The notes under the pieces: generated by a model
The model's database searches: none
What the model was told of the DNA's origin: nothing
Seen by the model: only the letters and a program-made list of their open reading frames with translations
In this document: positions 42,803-54,681 of the stretch, in pieces
Layout: every line of letters starts with the position of its first letter
Position numbering within the stretch: the first letter of the stretch is position 1
Source of the DNA: Octopus bimaculoides
Taxonomy: Eukaryota
DNA length: 64,000 bases
Assembly (NCBI RefSeq): GCF_001194135.2
Contig: NC_068990.1
Location: 56,586,367-56,650,366 of the forward strand
Direction of reading: 5' to 3'
Translations under genes and position numbers: made by a program

Positions 42803-43273
42803 AATGGAGGTCTTAAGCAAGGATGCGTCCTGGTGCCAACCTGTTTCTCTTTGAACATGGCCACTATGTTCAATGAAATCCCACTAAACTTGCCTTCCAT
42901 CAACATGTGCAATTGCTTGGATGGTGGACTCTTCAATCTCGCATGCCTCTGTGCTAAGATGAGGAACTCCGCTATCTCAGTTTGTGAGATGCAGTATGCT
43001 GACAGCAATGCCATTCCAAGCCAGACCACAGATAGCCTACAAAGGGTAGCCAATCTTTACAACATGGCTTACGAATACTTCAGGATGCAGCTAAACGCAT
43101 TAAAGACCAAGACACTGATCCAACCTGCACCAGGCCAGAATAGTCCACCCACAAACATTAACATCAATGGCCAACCCCTAAAAGAAGTTGAACACTTCAC
43201 ATACCTTGGAAGTATCCTTTCGAAGACGCCCATGTGTGAAAAGGACAAGGATGGCCCACATCCCAGAAGATGA
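42803..43273 (+). mobile_element. RTE-clade LINE reverse transcriptase fragment
   Basis: In-frame GLKQGCVLVPTCF (canonical GVKQGCVLAPTLF), RLDGGLFNL-like, QYADS (canonical YADD), KTK and VEHFTYLGS motifs. The catalytic DD is altered. Confidence 0.92.
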
Positions 43274-43998
43274 ACATTGCAGGCTGTTGTTGTTTCTGAC
43301 ACTTCTCCTGGAGTTGACGGGCACAAAAGATCATGTCGATTGTGCTTCATATATATATATATATATATAATAGTATCAGTGTCAAGAAGTGATGAAGAAT
43401 AAAAGAATTTAGGTTAGTTGAAATATGCTTGAAACATATTTTAAATTCTAAAGGAAGATTCACTGCAGTTACCATAGGGGAATAAATTCTCTTTATGGTA
43501 AAAGTTATCAAAACACCATATCTGCTCAATGCTTCCCTGCTCCTGTCTTGATATCATGTGTCAGTTATAAGTAAACATCACCATCATAGAGGTAGCACTA
43601 TTTGTTTCTAGTCAGAAGACTAGAAAATGTGTCTGGCTATGGAAAATATTACCTTGATTGGAAACAGATGAAGTTGGTGACAAGAAGAGGGATCTGGTCA
43701 TAAAGATCTGCCTCAACAAATTCTGGCCCATGCATTGACTGAGAAGTGGACATTAAATAATGACGATCCTCCTCCTCCTCCTCCTCATCATCATCATCAT
43801 CGTGGTTGTCGTCAGCATCATCACCACCACCATCACCACCACCACCAATGCCACCACCCCTCCCCTCCCCTCCTCTTCATCAAAAGCTTGTTTATTTTTA
43901 TGTTTATTGGTTTATTATTAGTGTTGCTTAATATGTTTTGCTAAAATTGCTGTTTCTTTTCAGATATCATCAGAAAAAGGTAATTAAAATTCATTAAA

Positions 43999-44446
43999 AT
44001 GACAGATCTATCGGATTTTCAAAGCGGTCAAATTTTGGTGCACGTATGGTTGTGGAAGTTTCCGGAGGGAAACACAATCTTTCAGGATGATAATGCACCA
44101 ATTCACACAGCTAAAGTTGTTACTGAATGGCATGAAGAACATTCTAGTGAAGTTGAACATCTTATCTGGCTACCACAGTTCCCAGATCTCAATATTATCG
44201 AACATTTATGGTGGATTTTAGAAAAACAATTGAGGAGTCAATATCCTCCACCATCATCACTACAGGAACTGGAGACAGTTTTAGCTGAAGAATGGACAAA
44301 CATTTCTTTGGAAACAATTCAAACTTTGTACAAGTCCATACCTTGTAGAATTCAAGCTGTAATTACTGCCAAAGGCGGTCCTACACCATATTAAAATAAA
44401 TTTGTTTGAAATTTTAGGTGTTTCCATTATTTTGTCCAGCCCCTGT

Positions 44447-44447
<1 letters not shown>
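43999..44447 (+). mobile_element. Internally deleted Tc1-like transposon (transposase remnant plus right TIR)
   Basis: MTDLSDFQSGQI N-terminus joined to FQDDNAPIH...PDLNIIEHLW...GGPTPY*. TIR ggtgtttccattattttgtccagcccctg at 44417-44445, then TA. Confidence 0.92.
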
Positions 44448-44483
<36 letters not shown>

Positions 44484-44507
44484 CTGGGGTTGGACGAAAT
44501 AATGGAA
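44484..44507. mobile_element. Second Tc1 TIR in inverted orientation
   Basis: TA-ctggggttggacgaaataatggaa is approximately the reverse complement of 44422-44447. Confidence 0.7.
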
Positions 44508-45009
44508 CAAGAATGTAACACGTGACAACAGAACATCCGGGCAGTTGGATGATACAAAAAAGGACAGGAAAAAACAAGGACGAGTTATTCGGTGTTTTCT
44601 ATCCTCAGTTGAGGATATCAAGGATTTAACCAAAAGAATAGAACTAGGAGAAAAGTTAGATGAAAGAAGAATAAATGGGAAAGTAGATGAAAACTAAATG
44701 GATGGGAAATTAGACAACAACACGATACATAGAATATTTGTAGCTGAGTTTACCTCTTCAGTCAAAGACACAAAATATCATAGCACTTTCACGCCAATTA
44801 CTTTTGATATAACAGGTGCAGGCATGGATATTTGGTAAGAAATTTGCTTCCCAATCACATGGTTCCAAGTTCAATCTCACTGTGTAGCAGCTTACACAAA
44901 TGTCTTCTGCTATGGCCTCAAATCAACCAAAGCCTTGTGAATGGATTTGGTAGATGGAAATTGAAAGAATCTTGTCATATATATATATGACTCACTTATA
45001 TGTATATAA

Positions 45010-45047
<38 letters not shown>

Positions 45048-45070
45048 GACACACTTATATGTATATAAAT

Positions 45071-45103
<33 letters not shown>

Positions 45104-45356
45104 TATTTATATACATATAAGTGTGTGTGTCTTTGTGTCTGTGTTTGTCTTCCACCACCACCACTTGATAACTGGGATTGATGTTCTTTGCATTTCTGTA
45201 ACTTAGTGGTTCAGCAAATCACCAATAGAATAACTACCAGGTTTTATAAAGAAAAATAATAAGTACTGGGGTTAATTCGTCCAACTAAAACTCTTCAAGT
45301 TGGTGCCCCAGCACGACCTAATTGCAGTCTAATGACTGAAACAACTAAAAGATAAA

Positions 45357-45397
<41 letters not shown>

Positions 45398-46176
45398 CTT
45401 CTTTATTGCCCACAAGGGGATAAACATAGAGGGGACATATATATATATATACATATACATACATACACACGTGCACATACACACATATGCACATACATAT
45501 ATATATCGGTTAGTGAATATCCTTAATAAATCCTCTTGTGATACACAATTGGGAACTTGTACTTCAATGAAAATTGCTTAATACACTGAAGAATATTGGA
45601 AATAATCATCATACTGTTTAGCAAAGCTTAATATACTTTCTTTCGTAAAATTAATATGCTCTGTACATAAAATAATTTAGGATCCCCACAGGTTTCAGAT
45701 CTACAAGGAGAAAGTTTAATGTCTTATTTGTTTATTATTGATTATATTGTTAAAGTACAATGGCTGAAGTCTGTGTCTATATGTAGGTAAGTTCACATGC
45801 GCATGCACGCGTGCATGTACACACACACACACACACACACACATTGTATTATGCTTAGAATCAATGCACATGCAATGTGTTTTCCAAGTCAAGTCAAATA
45901 CAAGAAGCCACCTCAAATCCTTGTTGGAGCATCTCTGCAAATGGAGTAAGGACTGGCTATCGATTTCACATTTTGGCACAAGGCCAGTAATGTTAACGAA
46001 GTGGGTAAGTCGACATCAACTCCAGTGCTCAGCTGGTACTTATTTTATTGACCCCCAAAAGGATAAAAAGTAAAAGGTGACCTCAGTGGAATTTGAACTC
46101 AGAACATAAAAATGGACAAAATGCTACTAAGTATTTTGTCTGGTGTGCAAAATACTTGCAGCCTTTGTATGACATA

Positions 46177-46392
46177 TGAGGGGGTGTTGAAAAGTTCCTG
46201 GCTTTGGGTAAAAGAAAATACAGGAGAAACAGTTAATTATGATTTTATTCAACATAATCTCCTCTCAGATTCACACACTTATTGCAGTGGTCCTTCAGTT
46301 TTTCTAAGCCCTGTAAATGAACTTAGAAGTTGGGCCTCCAACCAGACCTTCCATGATACTCTTAAAGCTAGGAATTTTTCAGCACCCTCACA
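46177..46392. mobile_element. mariner-type MITE, 216 bp
   Basis: 28-bp TIRs (5 mismatches) tgagggggtgttgaaaagttcctggctt / aagctaggaatttttcagcaccctcaca, with TA flanks. Confidence 0.85.
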
Positions 46393-46548
46393 TATAATAT
46401 TAATAATATAATAATATTTTGAAATGCTGAGGAAAATGTTGCAAAGAAGATAAAGAAGATTAATTCCTTTTCATCTGTTGCATAATTATCTGAGGCATAT
46501 ATATATTAAATGCATTTAAAATATCATAACTTGGTTTGACTTTATTAT

Positions 46549-46582
<34 letters not shown>

Positions 46583-48081
46583 GACTCAATCTTTTATAAT
46601 TCTTTGCAAGGTTGGTGTCCCTCTGATAAAGTGCTCAACTTGCCATGTATATGTTATCTTCATTCCTATTTTATAAGGCACAATTTATATTTATTTAGGA
46701 ATTCTTTCCATTATAATTGCATGTATTTTCTCATAGACATTGATGAAAGAAAGAATTCATTATTATTTCTTTTTATTCAAACATGAAAAATTATTTCATT
46801 GTTTTTTCCAGTATTGAAGAAAATGGAGAAAACAAAACAATAGTGAAGGAAACAAAATTAATAATAAATATATTTCTATGAGAATCCATTTAAATATCTT
46901 CAGACATTACATAGAAGAGAAAATTAGTGCTAATCTTTATATCAGCAGACATCCTTCTTAATATTTATATATACTAAAAGATGTTTTGCTAAAAAGAATT
47001 ACATGATGAAGAAGAAGAGAACAGGCAGTGTTGAGAGACACTAGCTTCATCTCTTTTTAAGTATGAGTCATGGTCAAAATTAGTCGCAAGTAGTAATATC
47101 ATGTATTTATGACAGACAGAGTAAAATCATCCCATAATGAGAAATACTTTTACGGGATTGTTTATATATTTCCATCTTTTTATATTGACATTTCTCTCTA
47201 AAGAGAATAAGCTAGAAGGCTACTCATGTTTCCGAATAACAAACAGCAGTTTCAGAATTGTGTCTATGCAAAACATGAGGCAAATTACTAAAGCTAAAAC
47301 ATAAATCATATTTATTGGCTGCACCTCGTCTATATTGGGTTGGAGCGGAAACAATGATAGTTATTCTTGGTAAGAGGAGATAGCAGAATGACCAAATTTC
47401 AGACAGAAAAGACAGTGATAACTTCAGTTTCTTTCCTCCTTTACAATCAACAATAACACCATTCTAAACAACAACATTTCCTGTAAACTTAATGGTAGTA
47501 AATTACATAAATCCAAAGTTAAAACAAACCAAACTCACCAGCTATGAGGATAATATCGTGCTCACAGGCATTTCTAGTTCATAAATTTTGAAATTTGAAT
47601 ATCAGCTGTTGGATCAAGTATAAAGCAGTCTCTGATTAAGAAAGACAGAATTCATGACTTACACTGTTGTCATGTGCATGAGGAAAGTTATTGCCATTTA
47701 GGTCAACTACCTATTTAAAATTAAACTGCTACATCAAGCAGATAGTATATAAAGCTGACATGAGTAATTGACAAATGAAGTGTTAGTTTTTAACATACAG
47801 TTTGTGAGAACAAACTGCTTCAGTGAAGTTCATCAGGAAAAGTTGCTTAGCTGAATTAGTTTGATCAATATTAATTATAAATGTCAGGCTGCTAATATGG
47901 CTGGGCTTAATGCTTTACAATACTTATTTTCCTCTATGTTGTAGGAAATAATTCTTGCATGGTTTGACTAAGGTTTCCATTGCTCCAAATGTGATAAAAT
48001 AAATGGCAGTGAAATACTGGAGCAGACGAAGCTGTCTTGTGAATTTTCCCTTCAAAAATTCTGTTACACACACACACACAC

Positions 48082-48125
<44 letters not shown>

Positions 48126-48387
48126 TATATATGTGAGTAAAAATAAATACAAAAAAAAAGGGTTCTGTATGATCATGTATAGAGGAATATATTATTTTAT
48201 TTAAAAGAGTTCCAACTCTGTCTGTTTTTTATGTTTTATTTATATTCTTGTAAAATTAATGTGGGATATAGAATATGGAATATATAATATAAAAATGGAT
48301 GGTACAATGAAATGAAGTATTGAATGTCTTATTGAATATATGGAATATGTCTTATTGAATATATGAAATATTGAGTGTTCAATATAA

Positions 48388-48527
48388 AGGATTAAATATA
48401 TAAAGGCGAATACGTATTTTCTATACCTTGTGGTATTTCATCATGGCTGGTATGACAGACTATACCGGCCATGATGAAATACCACAAGGTATAGAAAATA
48501 CGTATTTGCCTTTATATATTTAAACCT
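48388..48527. repeat. Near-perfect hairpin: 62-bp stem, 8-nt loop
   Basis: 48392-48453 pairs with 48462-48523; loop gacagact; two mismatches. Confidence 0.95.
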
Positions 48528-50196
48528 CTCCTAGATATGTCCTGTTTGTAATAGTACTAACTCAGCCTTATTGAAAATATTTCTACTGGTCAATTAATCA
48601 AATTCTTCTGTATTTACTGGTTAGGAGATTTCTAATGACATCTGGAAGACAGCTAGCATTCTACTTGATGCTTACAGTCTCCTCATTAAGCTTTCTACAA
48701 GGGTAGTGTTTGCTTGTTATGAAACTTAGGGTCTTCTCCAAGAAATTGATTTAGCTTGTATTATTGGCATCATACCCAGAACATCATGACAGTAAAAATT
48801 TACTTTACCCCAAAGCAAAGCCTGTGTCTATCCCTGAAAATAAGTCTGCTATGAACCTACAGGCATTATTTATGTTTATTGTTATTTTACCAAGCACATA
48901 AAGCTATAGAAATTTGCAACCAAAGCATCATTATCACGTTCTATCTTTACATCATCCTCGGATGAAGAGCAAGAAAATGAAACGTTAGATTCTTCATTCC
49001 TCATAGCAATCAAAATTATCAAAGTCTTTTAGAAAATCTTCTGTGGGAAAAATCTTCTGATGCAGAGCATCACCTATTTCCTCAGATTCTCGATTTTTCC
49101 CTAAGGAAATTTTCTACACTTCTTCCCAGGCAGATTAAATATTAAATAGAAAATGAAGAATGAAACCTAATCACAAGAATCTATATATTTGTGATAAGAT
49201 AATATTGAAAATTGGTGAATATATTTTCTTCAATCTTTGAATTATCATGGATTAGGATATCATTCTTAATGAAATGAATTTCCATTGAAATGAAAATCAG
49301 CACAACATGAGTTAGATAGATATCTTAAAAATGGGTGGATATTCCTTCAACATTCAAAGTTCATTCAAGAAGCAATACTTAAATTAGATCATTATATTTT
49401 TAACCCCAGGCCAAACCTGTGTGAGTAGATTAATGACAAAAGGGAACCCCACAATCACAGTCCTGGTTTAAGGGAAGACTGTCTATTATTTCTAGCAGAT
49501 GAAATGACTGTGCAGAAATTCATTTATTGGGTCATTATTGACTATCATTAATATTGAAATGTATAAAATTATCAAACATATTTAACTTAATAATAGGGAA
49601 GATATAAAGCAGTGAGCTGGCAGAATTATTAGCACTACAGACAAAATGCTTAGCAACATTTCATCCACCATTATAAACTGAGTTCAAATTCTGCCAAGAT
49701 CAACTTTGTCTTCCAGCCTTTCAGAGTTGATAAAATAAGTACCAGCAAGTACTGGAGTCGATGTACTCAATAAACTCACAAAATTACTGGCCTTGTGACA
49801 AAATCTGAAACCAGTATTAGGGAAGACAGAAAATTTTGTATAGGATATGATTGGATGGAAAGAGATAGTTATACCAATATATCTAAAATTAGAATATTTT
49901 TACTAGATATTATGTAAGCTAATGTAAAGAAGATAACAATTAACAGAATCATCATGTTGTTTAAGTTTTAAGTATCTATTTTTGCAAGGTTGAGTATCCT
50001 ATAAATATAAATTCTGTTTTGTATAATCCTATTATACATGGTTTGCATATTCATATACAATGTAGTTAGAATCCATTCTGAAACAGTCATATTTTTGGTA
50101 TTCAGGACATGAAATCCATGATATTGAAATGGAATTCTGATTGCAACTCACATCATAATTTATACTCTATACTTTCATTCATCAATGCTAAAGAGC

Positions 50197-50239
<43 letters not shown>

Positions 50240-50259
50240 AGTGAAGGAGAGAAAGAGGG

Positions 50260-50595
50260 ATGCCTAAAATAATTGGCAGAGTGGGACACAGCATGGTCAC
50301 TTGCATAGTCAATTAGGTTGTACAGGAAGGTATTATATCCAATAACTGGTGTAGTAACAGTTTACACCAGTTACAAGTGGAGAGGAGATGCCCCGAGAAA
50401 GAAATTATTACAGAGGTATCAAATTGCTGGGCCAGGTCATGAAATTTACAGAAAAATTTAGGAAGAGAGTTAGACTAAATGGGATGCAGTTTGATTTTGT
50501 GCCAGGGAGAAGTACAACTGATGCTCTCTTTCTAGCATCACAGATGCATAAGTATTTAGCCAAAAGTAAATTGCCATATTTGGCATTCATCAACC
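50260..50595 (+). mobile_element. RTE-clade LINE RT N-terminal fragment, decayed
   Basis: YKWRGDA...YRGIKLL...MQFDFVPGRSTTDALF...YLAFINLVK (canonical NYRGIKLL...QFGFVPGRSTTDAIF...AFVDLEKAFD). Confidence 0.88.
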
Positions 50596-51324
50596 TGGTG
50601 AAATCCTTATCTACAAACTTTTATCAATATGACAAAAAAAACAAAAAAAAAAACTGTTGCTTATGTGCATGTAACATTCTAGAAATTATTAAATTTGTGT
50701 TAAATTCTTAAGAGATGATTACTACGAACTGTCACCATTTAAACTATTTTCTCTTCTATAAATACAGTAAACATGCTAATAAAAATTTACCTTCCTGTCT
50801 TTCATAGGATAACAAATATTCATGATCAGAACTATGTTCTTTTCTACTCGAGGCACAAGGCCCGAAATTTGGGGGGAGGGGGGGCACTTGATTAGATCGA
50901 CCCGAGTACACAACTGGTACTTAATTTATCGACTCCAAAAGGATGAAAGGCAAAGTCGACCTTGGCAGAATTTGAACTCAGAACATAAAGACAGATGAAA
51001 CACCACTAAGCATTTCATCCGGCATGCTAATGCTTCTTCCAGCTTGTTGCCTTATGATCAGAACTATATTATTAATATAATGACAATGAGTTTTCAATCA
51101 TATTATTAGTTTAACAACATTCTACACATAGATTTATCTCTTCAGATATGGCTGTGTGTTAAGAAGTTTGCTTCCCAACCACATGGTCCCAGGTTCAGTT
51201 TTATTATGTAGAACTTAAGGCAAATCGCTTCTACTATAGCCAAAGCCAACCAAAGCTTTGTGAGTATATTTGGTAAACAAAAACTGAAAGAAGCTTGTCG
51301 TATGTATACTGACATACAAGAGTT

Positions 51325-51355
<31 letters not shown>

Positions 51356-51683
51356 TTGTACGTACATATATACATACATACAATGTCACATATCTAATAT
51401 ATATATGTTGTTTAAATGGATTTAGGTTGTGCCATTTCATCCAGGGAAAGTCCCTTTAAAGATGTAGAGTGTTAAAAAATGCAGCATATCCAAAAATTAG
51501 GAGAAACGACTCACTCCAGAGGTGAATCAGAATGATCAATATTGATAGTTCATTAGTCCGTGAGCTGGCAGACACGTTAGCACATCGGGCGAAATGCTTA
51601 GCTGCATTTTGTCTGTCTTTATGTTATGAGTTCAAATTCCACCAAAGTTGACTTTGACTTTCATCCTTTTACAGTCAAAAAAT

Positions 51684-51924
51684 TATGTATATGTAAATGT
51701 GGTTGGATTGAGCTGAAAATTTGCACACCAATGTTAAAAGTACTGGTGAGTTTGCATGGCAACTTTGAGTTAGTTCAATTGAAAGGCGTGGCCTCTAGGG
51801 CAAAATTCCTCATCTTTTAAAATGTGGCCCTTGTCGACCCAAATGAAATCGGGTTAAAATACTGAAACAAGTAAAACAATAATAAACTATTTTAATCCCG
51901 AGCAAGGCTGGGTATCTCTGCTAT
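51684..51924 (+). mobile_element. Short Helitron unit (non-coding)
   Basis: Shares tgtggttggattgagctgaaaatttg and a ~105-bp 3' end with the next unit; subterminal cccgagcaaggctggg hairpin, then CTAT (variant of CTAG). Confidence 0.75.
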
Positions 51925-53022
51925 TCTAATATATATTTGTGAAAAGGGCAGACGTTGTCTCACATGCAGTTGTGCAGACAAAAGTATTAGTAACTGTGGT
52001 TGGATTGAGCTGAAAATTTGTACACCTATTGAATTCCTCAACAGCCAACTACCTCCCGGACTTCCACCTCATAACCTTACACTGAAGGTTGGTGTTCCAG
52101 TTATGCTGCTGAGAAATGTGGAACCACCAGAACTATGCAACGGTACATGTCTGGTCATCAAAATATTGGGACCTTAATTCTGATGACAACCATTCTGAGT
52201 AAACCGTCTGCTGGCATGACAAAGTTATTAACCTTCATGAGCCTTAGTCCCTCTGCCATGCCATTTGAATTTACGTGATGGCAGTTTCCCGTAAAAATAT
52301 ACTTTGCAATGAGCATCAACAAGGCACAGGGACAGTCATTACAAGTAGTTGGCCTAAATCTGACACAGCAGATATTTACGCACAGTCAACTATATATCGG
52401 ATGCTCCTGTGTCGGCAGTCCATACAATCTCTTCATTTGTGGTAATCCGTGCAACACCAAGAATGTTGTCTACAAAGAAGCACTGCAATAAAACTTTTGA
52501 ACCTACCGCCATTGCTCTCCCATCACTGGAGTCATTGTAACTTTCACCTTCTTCACATTGCGGGCCACCTCTGCAACCTGACCACCTCTGCCAGTCAAAC
52601 TTCCAACCCAAGGGTTCACGTCGTGACACTGATTCCACAAAATTATATACAATATGTATATATATGTTCCCATATTGTATCCAAAACATTGTAAGTGCAG
52701 TCGTATTATACTATTTCAGTTTTGTGTAGAGACCTGATTGGTGTTTTGTGATTTTTTTTTCCAGCATTTTCCCATCATTCTTTGTCCTTCACATCTGCAT
52801 CCATGAGGTTTCTCCAATCACTTCTCAAAGACTGTTTAAACAGTTGGCATGCTTCTTTTCATTATCAATTTTTAATAAAATTTTCATTTTTTTTTTTTTG
52901 AATTCCTCGTGATTAAAATGTGGCCTGAGTAGACCCGAATGAAATTGGGTTATAATACCAAAACAAGTAAAACAATAAACTATGCTATTTTAATCTTGAG
53001 CAAGGCTAGGTTTCTCTGCTAG
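51925..53022 (+). mobile_element. Helitron with a PIF1-helicase (RepHel C-terminal) remnant
   Basis: 5' TCTAATATATAT; 52025-52491 reads [31 protein letters not shown]...LCNGT...QFPV...FAMSINKAQGQSL...TKNVVYKEALQ* with a frameshift and internal stops; 3' hairpin plus CTAG|T at 53019-53023. Confidence 0.92.
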
Positions 53023-53160
53023 TAAATATATATATATATATATATANNNNNNNNNNNNNNNNNNNNNNNNNNNNNNNNNNNNNNNNNNNNNNNNNNNNNN
53101 NNNNNNNNNNNNNNNNNNNNNNNNNNATATATATCATACAAACATCTATATCTGTTTATA

Positions 53161-53193
<33 letters not shown>

Positions 53194-54681
53194 CATTGGG
53201 AAATATGCAGTGCTTGAGAAGACCTGTTGAGTCAAGAGAAATCGTAGTTGTGACCGATGCCAGTGATGCTTGACTGGCACATAAAAAGCACCATTCGAGC
53301 GTGGACAATGCCTGTGCCAGTGGCACATAAAAAGCACCATTCAAGCATGGTCGATGCCAGTGCCACCTAACTGGCTCCCGTGCTGGTGGAATGTAAAAAG
53401 CACCATTCGAGTGTGATCAATGCCAGTGGCATGCAAAAAGAACCCACTACACTCTTGATGTAGTTGGTGGTAGGAAGGGCATCCAGCTGTAGAAGTCTTG
53501 TCAGATCAGATTGGAGCTTGGTGCAGCCTTCTGGCTTGCCAGTCCTCAGTGAAACCATCCAACCCATGCCAGCATAGAAAGCGGATATTAAACAGTGATG
53601 ATGATGATATATACATATGTACATGTGTATGAATAAATATGTGCTTCTGTGCATTTACGTTTGTGTGTGAATATGTATGTATGTATATATGTATGTCTAG
53701 ATTTACAGAGGTAGATGAAAGCTTTGCAGTCAATACTCTGAAACTCTTTAAAGAATTGTATTCTAAGAAAATACACAGAAAAAAATTAATAGTAAAATAA
53801 ATGTACAGACAAAAAAATATTATCACTGTCAGTAGAATTTATGATCTTATTAATGTTAAATTATTCAAGTGACGGAGTGCATTTCGATGTAAGGGGTTTC
53901 AGTGGGAGTGTGTTGCTGCAATTGTTTGATCGACAATCCTTTTTAAATGAAGCCATTACAGTGTATGTAAATATCTGGAAGAGACTATAATAAGATTTCT
54001 AAGTAACAATGTAGTGCTGTGGAATCACAGGAAGCCAACAACTTCTCTGATGGACTGAGAAAATAAACTGAATTTATTTGACATAATCTGTTATGGGAAA
54101 TTTATGACTGTAAGTGACCTTAATAAAACATGTAGAAAAAGTAAACCTGTTGTGAAAAATTTAAATTTCAAGTACTTATATGCATTCAATTCTAAGAGAA
54201 GTTGGCATAACCCACTTTTTTTTTTCTTGAAATTTGTTGTCTCCTGGTGAGTATTGGAAAGGAATAAAAGAAAAACAATGAGAAAACAATAGTTTTAAAT
54301 ATGATTTGCTATTTTGATTTAAATGTAAATTATGCACATTAATTCCATTTGCAATGTCACTAAGTACAAATTCTGGAAGCATTTGTGTTTTCAGTTTCAT
54401 CATCAAGCCAAGGGAACAGCTTTTGTTTGACGTTTGTTTAATCTTTACTATTATAGTACAACATAAGCACAGCTCATGTAATAAAAGATAGTTGGTTAAC
54501 CAATGAAATGGTTTTATATTTTGAAACATTTCCAATTTATGTTGCATGGTCACACAACTGAAATTGTTTTGTATATCATTGTTGATTTAACAAGTGAACT
54601 AATTTTCTAGAAAATCTTTATTCATTATACTAACTCAAATGTTTGTACATATGTATGATTTGGTAGTAGAATAATTTAACT

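Noticed and set aside
47539-47631. Selenoprotein reading (single in-frame TGA)
   Set aside because: One stop in 31 AT-rich codons is expected by chance; no Sec-type motif or SECIS seen.
54176-54553. 125-aa minus-strand ORF
   Set aside because: No motif, AT-rich composition and no convincing splice boundaries.
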